Positions 53,124 to 64,000 of a stretch of 64,000 bases of DNA are shown here, in pieces. The position numbers and the translations under genes are program-made. Below the pieces are notes generated by a model. It made no database searches, was not told the origin of the DNA, and worked only from the letters and a program-made list of their open reading frames with translations. Origin of the DNA: Eledone cirrhosa (lineage: Eukaryota). Location of the stretch: positions 38,068,001 through 38,132,000 of the forward strand of contig OZ024748.1 in assembly GCA_964016885.1 (NCBI GenBank), read 5' to 3'. Every line of letters begins with the position of its first letter. The first letter of the stretch is position 1.

Positions 53124-55750
53124 GTGGTGGTGGTGGTGGTGGTGGTGGTGGTAGTGGTGGTAGTGGTGGTGGTGGTGGTTGTGCTGGTGGTGGTGGTGGT
53201 GGTGGTGGTGATGGTGGTGGTGGTGGTGGTGGTGGTGGTGGTGGTTGTGCTGGTGGTGGTGGTGGTGGTGGTTGTGCTGGTGGTGGTGGTGGTGGTGGTG
53301 GTGGTGGTGGTGGTGGTGGTGGTGGTGGTGGTGGTGGTGGTGGTGGTTGTGCTGGTGGTGGTGGTGGTGGTGGTGGTGGTGGTTGTGCTGGTGGTGGTGG
53401 TGGTGGTGGTTGTGCTGGTGGTGGTGGTGGTGGTGGTGGTGGTGGTGGTGGTGGTGGTGGTGGTGGTGGTGGTGGTGGTGGTGGTTGTGCTGGTGGTGGT
53501 GGTGGTGGTGGTGGTGGTTGTGCTGGTGGTGGTGGTGGTGGTGATGGTGGTGGTGGTGGTGGTGGTTGTGGTGGTAGTGGTGGTAGTGGTGGTGGTGGTG
53601 GTTGTGGTGGTTGTGGTGGTGGTGGTAGTGGTGGTAGTGGTGGTGGTGGTGGTTGTGGTGGTTGTGGTGGTGGTGGTAGTGGTGGTAGTGGTGATGGTGG
53701 TGGTTGTGGTGGTGGTAGTGGTGGTGGTGGTTGTGGTGATGGTGGTGGTTGTGGTGGTGGTGGTGGTTGTGGTGGTGGTGGTGGTGGTGGTGGTGGTTGT
53801 GGTGGTGGTGGTTGTGGTGGTGGTGGTGGTTGTGGTGGTGGTTGTTGGTGTGGTGGTGGTGGTGGTGGTGGTGGTGGTGTGGTAGTGGTGGTGGTGGTGG
53901 TGGTGGTGGTGGTGGTGGTGGTGGTGGTTGTGCTGGTGGTGGTGGTGGTGGTGGTGGTGGTGGTGGTTGTGGTGGTTGTGGTGGGTATGGAGGTGGTGGT
54001 GGTGGTGGTGGTGGTTGTTGTGGTGGTTGTGGTGGTGGTGGTGGTGGTGGTGGTTGTGGTGGTTGTGGTGGTGGTGGTGGTGGTGGTGGTGTTTGTGGTG
54101 GTTGTGGTGGTGGTGGTTGTGGTGGTTGTGGTGGTTGTGGTGGGTATGGAGGTGGTGGTGGTGGTGGTGGTGGTTGTTGTGGTGGTGGTGGTGGTTGTGG
54201 TGGTGATGGTGGTTGTGCTGGTTGTGGTGGTGGTGGTGGTGGTTGTGGTGGTTGTGGTGGTGGTGGTGGTGGTGGTGGTTGTGGTGGCTGTGGTGGTGGT
54301 GGTGGTGGTTGTGGTGGTGGTGGTGGTGGTGGTGCTGGTGCTGGTGCTGGTTATGGTGGTGGTGGTGGTGGTGGTGGTGGTGGTGGTGGTGGTAGTAGTG
54401 GTTGTGCTGGTTGTGGAAGTGGTGGTAGTAGTAGTGGTGGTAGTGGTGGTGGTGGATTGGTGGTGGATTGGTGGTGGCGGAGCTGGTGGTGGTAGTAGTA
54501 ATGGTGGTAGTAGTAGTAGTAGTGGAGGTGGTGGTAGTGGTGGTAGTGGAAGTGGTGGTAGTAGTAGTGCTAGTGGGGGGTGTTAGTGATAGTGGTGGAG
54601 TGGTGGTGGTAGTAGTAGCGGTGGTAGTAATAGTGGTGATAGTAGTAGTAGTGGTGGTAGTAGTGGTGGTAGTAGTAGTAGTGGTGGTGACGGAGGTGGT
54701 GGTGGTAGTAGTGGAGGTAGTAGTAGTAGTGGTGGTGGTGGTAGTAGCGTTTGCAACTGTTGTAAAAACTGCTGTTGTTGCTGCTACTTTTGCTGCTACA
54801 GCTTCTCTTGTTGGTGCTACTGCTGCTACTGCTGCTCTTGCCACTACTGCTGCTGTTGCCACTGTTGCTGTTGTTGTTAATGTTGCTGCTGTTGCCACTA
54901 CTGCTGCTGTTGCCACTGTTGCTGTTGCCACTACTGCTGCTGTTGCCACTACTGCTGCTGTTGCCACTACTGCTGCTGTTGCCACTACTGCTGCTGTTGC
55001 CACTGTTGCTGTTGCTGTTAATGTTGCTGCTGTTGCCACTACTGCTGCTGTTGCCACTACTGCTGCTGTTGCCACTGTTGCTGTTGCCACTACTGCTGCT
55101 CTTGCCACTACTGCTGCTGTTGCCACTGTTGCTGTTGCCACTACTGCTGCTGTTGCCACTACTGCTGCTGCTGCCACTGTTGCTGTTGTTGTTAATGTTG
55201 CTGCTGTTGGCACTACTGCTGCTGTTGCCACTACTGCTGCTGTTGCCACTACTGCTGCTGTTGCCACTACTGCTGCTGCTGCCACTGTTGCTGTTGTTGT
55301 TAATGTTGCTGCTGTTGGCACTACTGCTGCTGCTGCTGCTGCAACTGTTGCTGTTGCTGTTAATGTTGCTGCTGTTGCCACTACTGTTGCTGTTGTTGCT
55401 GCTGTTGCCACAACTGCTGCTGTTGCCACTGTTGCTGTTGTTGCTAATGTTGCTGCTGTTGCCACTACTGTTGCTGTTGTTGCTGCTGTTGCCACAACTG
55501 CTGCTGTTGCCACTGTTGCTGTTGCTGCTAATGTTGCTGCTGTTGCCACTACTGTTGCTGTTGTTGCTGCTGTTGCCACAACTGCTGCTGTTGCCACTGT
55601 TGCTGTTGTTGCTAATGTTGCTGCTGTTGCCACTACTGCTGTTGTTGCCACTGTTGCTGCTGTTTCTGTTTCCACTGTTGCTGCTGTTGTTCTTGCTACT
55701 GCTACTGCTGGTGCTGGTGCTGCATCATTGCTGCTACTGCTGCTATTATT
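53124..55750. repeat. (GGT)n grading into (GCT/GTT/ACT) triplet minisatellite
   Basis: Seen directly. Confidence 0.9.
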
Positions 55751-55924
55751 TATGTCTTTTATAAATAATAAAAAATATTTACACGCTCAAAACCCACATC
55801 GTACCGTCCTGTTCCGTCCTGTTCCGTCCTGTTCCGTCCTGTTCCGTCCTGTTCCGTCCTGTTCCGTCTCTGATGTTTTTCTTGATGTCAGCCCTTGTGG
55901 CCAATAAAGAAATCATTATTATTA

Positions 55925-56123
55925 GGGCGGTGACTTGGCAGAATCGTTAGAGGGTCTGACGCCATGCTTTGCAGCATAGAGTTACGGCCCTTTCCATTTT
56001 GAGTTCAAATCCCGCCGAGGTTAACTTTGCCTTTCATCCTTACGGGGTCGATAAAATAAAGTACCAGTAATGCACTGGGTAATTGCTGGCCTTGTGCCTA
56101 AAGTAGAAACAATTATTATTATT
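55925..56123 (+). mobile_element. SINE family 1, full length; a related variant follows at about 56130-56290
   Basis: GGGCGGTGA start, TGGCAGAATCG A box, GAGTTCAAATCCC B box, (ATT)n tail. Confidence 0.88.
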
Positions 56124-56609
56124 AACAGTATTTGTTGCGGCCCTTTACTTTCTGAGTTCAAATCCCGCCATGGTCAACTGTATTTCATCCACCCTCTCTC
56201 CTACCAGTTATATACTGGAGCTGAGTTCATAGACTTTCCCCTCCCCCCTCCCCAAATTACTGGCCGTGTGCCTAAATAAAGAACAATTATAATTGTTATT
56301 ATTATTTGTTTTTTTATTATTATTTGTATATTTCTTGTTGTTTGTTATTTGAAATCGAAGTAGCATTGAACGGCGCATGGCAGAAGCGTAGTGTACAGCC
56401 ACGTGACTCCAATCAGACGTTTCCAATTGCTGAAAAAGGCGCCAGACTAAAAGCTTCTTTAAAAGAGAAGTGAGAGAGAGTGAGTGAGAGAGAGAGCGAG
56501 AGAGAACTAGAGAGAGAGAGAGAGATTACGAAATCAGAGATAGGGAGTGAAAGTGTGTGTGTGTGTGTGAGAGATAGATAGAGATAGAGAGAGGAGAGAG
56601 AGAGAGATA

Positions 56610-56671
<62 letters not shown>

Positions 56672-56865
56672 CAGAAAAAAAGCAAGAAAGAAAGAAAGAA
56701 AGAACTAAAGAAGTAAAGAAGTTATCTTCCCACCAACTTTTGTCCATCTTTCTATTCTCTTCCAGCCTCTCATAGTTTCTACCTTTTATTCCTGTCCTTT
56801 TATTTCCTTGCTGGAGTTTTCTCTTTAATTCTCCAATTTCACTTCTTTTTCTTCTTATTGTTGTT

Positions 56866-58070
56866 GCTGTTGTTGTTGTTGTAGTGGTGGTATTGGTGGT
56901 GGCGGTGGTGATGGTGACGGTGTTGTTGGTTGTGGTGGTAGTGGTGTTGTTGTTGTTGTTATTGTTGTTGGTGGTGGTGTTGTTTTTGGTGGTGCTGATG
57001 GTGGTGGTGGTATTGTTGTTGGGGGTGGTGGTGTTGTTGTTGTTGGTGGTGGTGTTATTGGTGGTGGTGGGGGTGGTAGTGGTGGTGGTGTTGTTGTTGT
57101 TGTTGTTGGTGGTGGTATTGTTATTGGTGGTGGTGGTGGTGGTGGTGGTGGTGGTGTTGTTGTTGTTGTTGGTGGTGGTGTTGTTGTTGTTGTTGGTGGT
57201 GGTGTTATTGGTGGTGGTGGTGGTGGTGGTGGTGTTATTGTTGTTGTTGGTGGTGTTGTTGTTGTTGGTGGTGATGGTGGTGATGGTGGTGGTGGCGGTG
57301 ATGATGGTGGTGGTGGTGGTGGTGGTGGTGGTGGTGTTATTGTTGTTGTTGGTGGTGTTGTTGTTGTTGGTGGTGATGGTGGTGATGGTGGTGGTGGCGG
57401 TGATGATGGTGGTGGTGGTGGTGGTGGTGGTGGTGGTGTTATTGTTGTTGTTGGTGGTGTTGTTGTTGTTGGTGATGGTGTTATTGGTGGTGGTGGTGGT
57501 GGTGGTGGTGTTATTGTTGTTGTTGGTGGTGTTGTTGTTGTTAGTGGTGATGGTGGTGATGGTGGTGGTGGCGGTGATGATGGTGGTGGTGGTGGTGGTG
57601 GTGGTGGTGTTATTGTTGTTGTTGGTGGTGTTGTTGTTGTTGGTGGTGGTGTTATTGGTGGTGGTGGTGGTGGTGGTGTTATTGTTGTTGTTGGTGGTGT
57701 TGTTGTTGTTAGTGGTGATGGTGGTGATGGTGGTGGTGGCGGTGATGATGGTGGTGGTGGTGGTGGTGGTGGTGGTGGTGTTGTTGGTGGTGGTGGTGGT
57801 GGTGGTGGTGGTGTTGTTGGTGGTGGTGGTGGTGTTGTTATTGGTGGTGGTGGTGGTGTTGTTGTTGTTGGTGGTGGTGTTGTTGTTGTTGTTGTGGTGG
57901 TGGTGGTGGTGGTGGTGGTGGTGGTGGTGGTGGTGGTGGAGGTGTTGTTGTTGGTGGTGGTGGTGTTGTTGTTGGTGGTGGTGGTGGTGGTGGAGGTGAT
58001 GGTAGTGTTACTGTTGTTATTCTTGTTGCTGTTATTGCTGCTGCTGCTACTGTTGCTGCTGCTGCTACTT
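56866..58070. repeat. (GGT)n/(GTT)n compound repeat
   Basis: Seen directly. Confidence 0.9.
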
Positions 58071-58134
58071 TCTGAATCACCGTGTGAAGGAGATTATAGA
58101 TTTCTCTTCTTTAAATACCAATTCTTCTTCTTCG

Positions 58135-58217
<83 letters not shown>

Positions 58218-58422
58218 CTATCTCTCTCTCACTTCTCCTTTCCTTCCTATTCCGCTCTTCTTTCCTCATTCATTCTCTGACTTTATTCTTTGCTCTTACT
58301 TCCTTCTGTCTTCTCCTTCCTCTCCCTCCTCTTTCTTTACCCCTTCCTCTCCCATCACTCCCTCCTTCCCCCACCCCCCCGTCCTCCCACCTATCGTCCC
58401 TCTCATTATAGATATATATACA

Positions 58423-58484
<62 letters not shown>

Positions 58485-58500
58485 TATATAATATATATAT

Positions 58501-58658
58501 AATCCATACGTACATATATATATGTGTGCATGTATGTATATATATATACATACTACTGTACGTCTGTATACATATATGTATGTACGTGTACATATTTACA
58601 TTTAAGTAACAGCCGTACTAAGAGTGGGAAATGAAATTTCGTTTCATTTTTTCCGTTT
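58501..58658 (+). mobile_element. 3'-terminal fragment of family E
   Basis: Ends at TTTCGTTTCATTTTTTCCGTTT then (TA)n, like the other copies. Confidence 0.8.
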
Positions 58659-58667
58659 ATATATATA

Positions 58668-58723
<56 letters not shown>

Positions 58724-58863
58724 TTATGATTTTTAATGCGATGAAATACCAATGATAGTTGGAAAATCACTGACGAAGGACTATTTTTATCATATGTAAC
58801 CCACGTGCAAACCACGCAGTATTCTTCTTTCTTCTCATGTTTTTTTTATATATATATATATAT

Positions 58864-58916
<53 letters not shown>

Positions 58917-58917
58917 T

Positions 58918-58945
<28 letters not shown>

Positions 58946-58948
<3 letters not shown>

Positions 58949-59005
58949 GGAACCAGTAAGACCCCGACGGCTGAGCTCAAGCCGTTTCGACTGCTAATTC
59001 CTTCG

Positions 59006-59007
<2 letters not shown>
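58946..59007. mobile_element. 62-bp minimal fold-back of family B
   Basis: Inverted arm starting at the ATAGG boundary, joined to the last 12 nt of the family tail. Confidence 0.75.
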
Positions 59008-59079
<72 letters not shown>

Positions 59080-59098
59080 GTATATGTATATATATATG

Positions 59099-59151
<53 letters not shown>

Positions 59152-59157
59152 GTGATA

Positions 59158-59226
<69 letters not shown>

Positions 59227-59241
59227 GTATATATATATATG

Positions 59242-59321
<80 letters not shown>

Positions 59322-59346
59322 ATATATGTATATATATAAATATATG

Positions 59347-59418
<72 letters not shown>

Positions 59419-59519
59419 ATATTCTATATAACACACGATTATTTATGATACATTATTTACAATACGTCTTTTTCCTCTCACTCACCAACCTTACGTGTCC
59501 CGTAGTCTACAAAGTCCCG

Positions 59520-59562
59520 TATCTCTCTCTCTCTCTCTTACACAAGCACACACACACTCCCT

Positions 59563-59593
<31 letters not shown>

Positions 59594-59642
59594 TCCCCCC
59601 TCTCTCTCTTACACCCCCCTCTCTCTTACACACACACTCTCC

Positions 59643-59677
<35 letters not shown>

Positions 59678-60512
59678 TCCCCCCTCTCTCTCTCTCTTAC
59701 ACACACTCCCCCCTCTCTCTCTCTTACACACACACACACTCCCCCTATCTCTCTATTACACACACACACTCCCCCTCTCTCTATCTCTCTCACACACACT
59801 CTCTCCCTCCCTCCCTCTCTCTCACATACACAAACACACATACTCTCTCTCCTTCCCTCTCTCTCTCACTCTCTCTCTCACACACAAACACACACTATAT
59901 CTCTCTCTCTCTCTCACTCTCTCTCTCACACACACACACACTCTCTCTCTCTCTCTCACACACACAAACACACACTCTCTCTCTTTCTCTCTCTCTCTCT
60001 CTCTATCTCTATCTCTCTCTATCTCACACACACACTCTCTCTATATCTATCTATCTATCTAACTCTCTCTCATTCTCTCACTTGCTCTCTTCGTTTATCC
60101 CTCAATCTTTCTGTCTCTCTCTCTCTTTCTCGCTCTCGTTCTCTTTCTTCCTTTACACACTTTCTCGCTCTCACTTTGCCGCTCTCCCGCTCTCCCGCTC
60201 TCGTTCTCCCTTTCTCTCCTTCTCCCGCTCTCTCCTTCCTCGGCACTCTTTCTCCTGCTCTCCTCATCTCACTTCCCCGCTCTCTCCTTCTCCCGCTCTC
60301 TCCTGCTCTCCTCATCTCACTTCCCCGCTCTCTCCTTCTCCCGCTCTCTCCTTCTCCCGCTCTCTCCTTCTCTCCTCATCTCACTTCTCCCGCTCTCTCC
60401 TTCCTCGGCACTCTCTCTCCTTCTCTCCTCATCTCACTTCCCCGCTCTCTCCTTCTCCCGCTCTCTCCTGCTCTCCTCATCTCACTTCCCCGCTCTCTCC
60501 TTCTCCCGCTCT
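59520..60512. repeat. (CT)n/(CA)n tract and pyrimidine-rich minisatellite
   Basis: Seen directly. Confidence 0.85.
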
Positions 60513-60527
60513 CACTCTTCCTATCAG

Positions 60528-60572
60528 ACCCAAACACCCAAGTGCCAGGATTAAGACCGGTCAAACAGCAGG
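60528..60572 (+). CDS. Candidate 45-nt host-gene exon (phase 1-1 reading xPNTQVPGLRPVKQQ)
   Basis: Long polypyrimidine tract and CAG acceptor, consensus G|GTAAGT donor, length divisible by 3. Gene not recognised. Confidence 0.4.
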
Positions 60573-61052
60573 GTAAGTGATTATGTTTTCAGTTTACAAT
60601 AATTCCTGTTGTTAAGATATCTTCTAATTCTTCTTCTCTCCATCGATTGATTCCCAAATGGAAACAAGCCTGGTTTCTCGTCTTTTATTTTAGATATATA
60701 CATATATCTACATACAGACACAAGCATACATACACATATATACATGTATACACACACACGTATATATATATATATATATAGTGTAAAATGGAACGGGAAC
60801 AAGACAAGAGAGAGAGATACATGTGTATCTACATACTCACATGTATACATATACATGTGAGTGTCTGTATATAAATATATATGCATATATTCCCATGTTT
60901 TTTATATGTAAATATATATATATATATACACACACGTATATATATATATATATATATATGCATATATATTTATATACAGACACTCACATGTAAATGTATA
61001 CATGTGAGTATGTATATACATATGTATCTCTCTCTTTATATATATATATATA

Positions 61053-61437
61053 CAATGATATTAAATAAATGGAAACTATATTTATAAAACCATATTTATT
61101 TTATTATATATATTTCAAGGGTACCAAGACAACTTTGGTACGCTTTCGTCAGATAAAATACAAAGTTTGTTTTATAAATAGAGACATACCCATGAACATC
61201 ATACCTTATCGGTTGGATATACTCTGGATAGATACTGTATTTTATCTGAGGAAAGTGTACCAATGTGTCTTGGTACCCTTGAAATATATATAATAAAATA
61301 AATATGGTTTTATAAATATAGTTTCCATTTATTTAATATCATTGAATATTTACTCCAGTACCTTGTTGAATGCTCTAAATCAGTGATAAACATTTATATT
61401 TGTTGGACTTCCAACAAATTAAATACCCCTTCTACTT
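61053..61437. mobile_element. Fold-back HHR insertion (family F) with two intact ribozymes
   Basis: Arms 61053-61161 and 61237-61344, tail 61345-61437. HHRs at 61097-61160 (minus, CUGACGA) and 61238-61300 (plus, CUGAGGA), each with an 8-bp stem I. Confidence 0.88.
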
Positions 61438-61731
61438 ATATATATATATATATATATATGCATGTATTTCTATATATATGTGTGTGTCTGTGCGATGTGT
61501 ATGTGTGCATGTGTGTGTGTGTGCATGTAAGTGAGTGTTCGCGCGCGCGCACGTGTGTGTGTGTGTTTGCGTGTGTGTAAGTTGGTAATTTAAATTCTGT
61601 CGTTTCAAAGTTACTTTTAGTTTCGTTTTCAACGGCGGGAAAAATAGAATATTTGTAGTCATGACTGATACGTAGTTTTACTCGTTTACATTTAGTTTAG
61701 AATATATACACAACTATACACATACACACAC

Positions 61732-61781
<50 letters not shown>

Positions 61782-61783
<2 letters not shown>

Positions 61784-61988
61784 CAAAGGAAGTGTGGCAA
61801 GGAACCAGGTGGACCATAATGCACCAGAATACTCAATACTTAGGGAAGTAGAGGGGGTAATAGGAAAATGTTCAAGACCCCGACGGCAAAGCTCAACCCA
61901 TTTCGACGTCTATTTCTGGACTCAGAGTCCAGAAATAGCCGTCGAAATGGCTTGAGCTCTGCCTTCGGGGTTTTGAACATTTTCCTAT
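61782..61988. mobile_element. Short fold-back of family B
   Basis: Palindrome 61860-61988 centred at 61924, tail 61782-61859. Confidence 0.85.
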
Positions 61989-62280
61989 GTATGTATGTAT
62001 GTATGTATGTATGTATGTATGTATGTATGTATGTATGTATGTATGTGTGCATGTATCTGTGCATGTATGTATGCATGTGTGTACGTATGTATACATATGT
62101 GTATGCATATATGTGTGTGTGTATGTCTGTATGTACGCTTGCCACTCAGAAGACCTCCCACCCAACCAATATATAAAACAAACAACAACAACAACAGTAC
62201 CAAGAACACTAACAAAAAACCCTCGATCACCATCAACAACAACAACACCAACAACAACAACACCAATAGTCCTACTAAAC

Positions 62281-63500
62281 AGTAACAACAACAACAACAG
62301 TAACAACAATAGTAACAACAACAGTAACAACAACAGTAACAACAACAACAACAGTAACAACAACAGTAACAACAACAACAGTAACAACAGCAGTAACAAC
62401 AACAGTAACAACAACAACAGTAACAACAACAGTAACAACAACAACAGTAACAACAATAGTAACAACAGTAACAACAACAACAACAACAGTAACAACAACA
62501 ACAGTATCAACAACAACAACAACAATAGTAACAACAACAACAGTAACAACAACAACAGTAACAACAACAGTAACAACAACAACAACAGTAACAACAACAA
62601 CAGTAACAACAACAACAACAGTAACAACAACAACAGTAACAACAACAGTAACAACAACAGTAACAACAACAACAGTAACAACAACAACAGTAACAACAAC
62701 AACAACAACAGTAACAACAACAGTAATAACAAAAACAGTAACAACAACACTAACAACAACAACAACAACAGTAACAACAACAACAACAGTAACAACAACA
62801 GTAACAACAACAACAGTAACAACAGTAACAACAGTAACAACAACACTAACAACAACAACAACAGTAACAACAACAGTAACAACAACAACAGTAACAACAG
62901 TAACAACAACAGTAACAACAACAGCAGTAACAACAACAGTAACAACAACAGTAACAACAACAGCAGTAACAACAACAGTAACAACAACAACAGTAACAAC
63001 AGCAGTAACAACAACAGCAGTAACAACAGTAACAACAACAACAGTAACAACAGCAGTAACAACAACAGTAACAACAACAACAGTAACAACAGTAACAACA
63101 ACAGTAACAACAACAACATTAACAACAACAACAGTAACAACAACAGTAACAACAACAACAGTAACAACAGTAACAACAACAGTAACAACAACAGTAACAA
63201 CAACACCAACACCAACAACAATACTACCAACAACACCACCAGCACCACTAACAACAACAGCACCAACACCAACAACACCACTAAAAACGCCACCAACAAC
63301 AACACACATCCTACCCCCACCTAATCCCCACCAACAACAACACCAACACCACCACCACCAATATCCCCCCCTACCACCACCACCACCCCACCCCCTACCA
63401 CCCCCACCACCCCACCCCCTACCACCCCCACCACCAACAACAACACCCCCCACCAACACCACCAACAACAACAACAACCCACCGACAACCCCCCCACCAC
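62281..63500. repeat. (AAC)n/AGT compound repeat followed by a C-rich tract
   Basis: Seen directly. Confidence 0.9.
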
Positions 63501-63734
63501 CACCAATCTGACATCATCCAATGAAGCTGTAGTGTAAACTAAATGGACCATATGTTGTTTATATGGTGTAAATAAAACAATTCCGGTGTGTATATACTGT
63601 ATACTGTAATAAAACAATTCCGGTGTGTATATACTGTATACTGTTATATTTCCTTTCTACATATACATATATACGTATGTATCTATATATATGTCTGTCT
63701 GTCTGTATGTATATATGTATGTATGTATGTATCT

Positions 63735-63937
63735 GGAGATCTCTCTGCACTTGTCGTCACATGGTACCATGGGCCCAGCACCATGTATCAGTAATTGTCA
63801 CAAGTGTAGTGTTTGTACCAGAGTTTTCAAATCGCTGGCTGGACTATAAAGTCACACTCGTTCAGCGCATCGGTAGGGGTTCTCCTACATGGATATAAAG
63901 TAGTGGCCGTACTCGAAAACGAGTTGGCAGCCACCAT
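63735..63937 (+). mobile_element. 3' end of an RTE-like LINE with C2H2 finger remnant, 3' stem-loop and (TGTA)n tail
   Basis: CSVCTRVFKSLAGL*SHTRSAHR* fits C-x2-C-x12-H-x4-H with one internal stop; short UTR; tandem-repeat tail. Confidence 0.65.
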
Positions 63938-64000
63938 GTATGTATGTATGTATGTATGTATGTATGTATGTATGTATGTATGTATGTATGTATGTATGTA

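Noticed and set aside
52841-55907. Long Gly-, Val- and Ala/Thr-rich ORFs (antifreeze- or mucin-like)
   Set aside because: Triplet repeats open in several frames on both strands, with no unique domain.
58765-58800. CTGACGA as a hammerhead (also CTGATGA at about 35790)
   Set aside because: No matching stem II or GAAA half.
61893-63477. Poly-Asn, poly-Leu and poly-Val ORFs
   Set aside because: (AAC)n microsatellite.

Overview
This is a eukaryotic, AT-rich, repeat-saturated intronic or intergenic window. It is most likely from an invertebrate, and the microsatellite load and SINE types suggest an octopus (inference). Nearly all long ORFs in the track are microsatellite artefacts. The real coding remnants are several Penelope-like elements (PLE; RT plus GIY-YIG), one full-length but defective L1/Tx1-type LINE sitting in (GATA)n, an RTE-type LINE 3' end, Tc1/mariner remnants and one candidate 45-nt host exon. 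There are also two tRNA-derived SINE families and a non-autonomous Helitron. The main hidden signal is a hammerhead ribozyme (HHR) system. I read about 17 canonical minimal type-I HHRs plus variant and partial ones, in at least 8 repeat families. These include a non-coding 466-bp (and 430-bp) tandem retrozyme-like unit that also carries an ATGCAAAT octamer. Most of these insertions share one asymmetric fold-back design: a 3'-complete arm fused 5'-to-5' with an inverted arm that stops at a family-specific point 40-95 nt short of the 3' end, all embedded in (TA)n. One family has a conserved non-canonical core (C-N-G-U-U-G-A) with a compensatory stem II. All folds were read by eye; none is experimentally or computationally verified.
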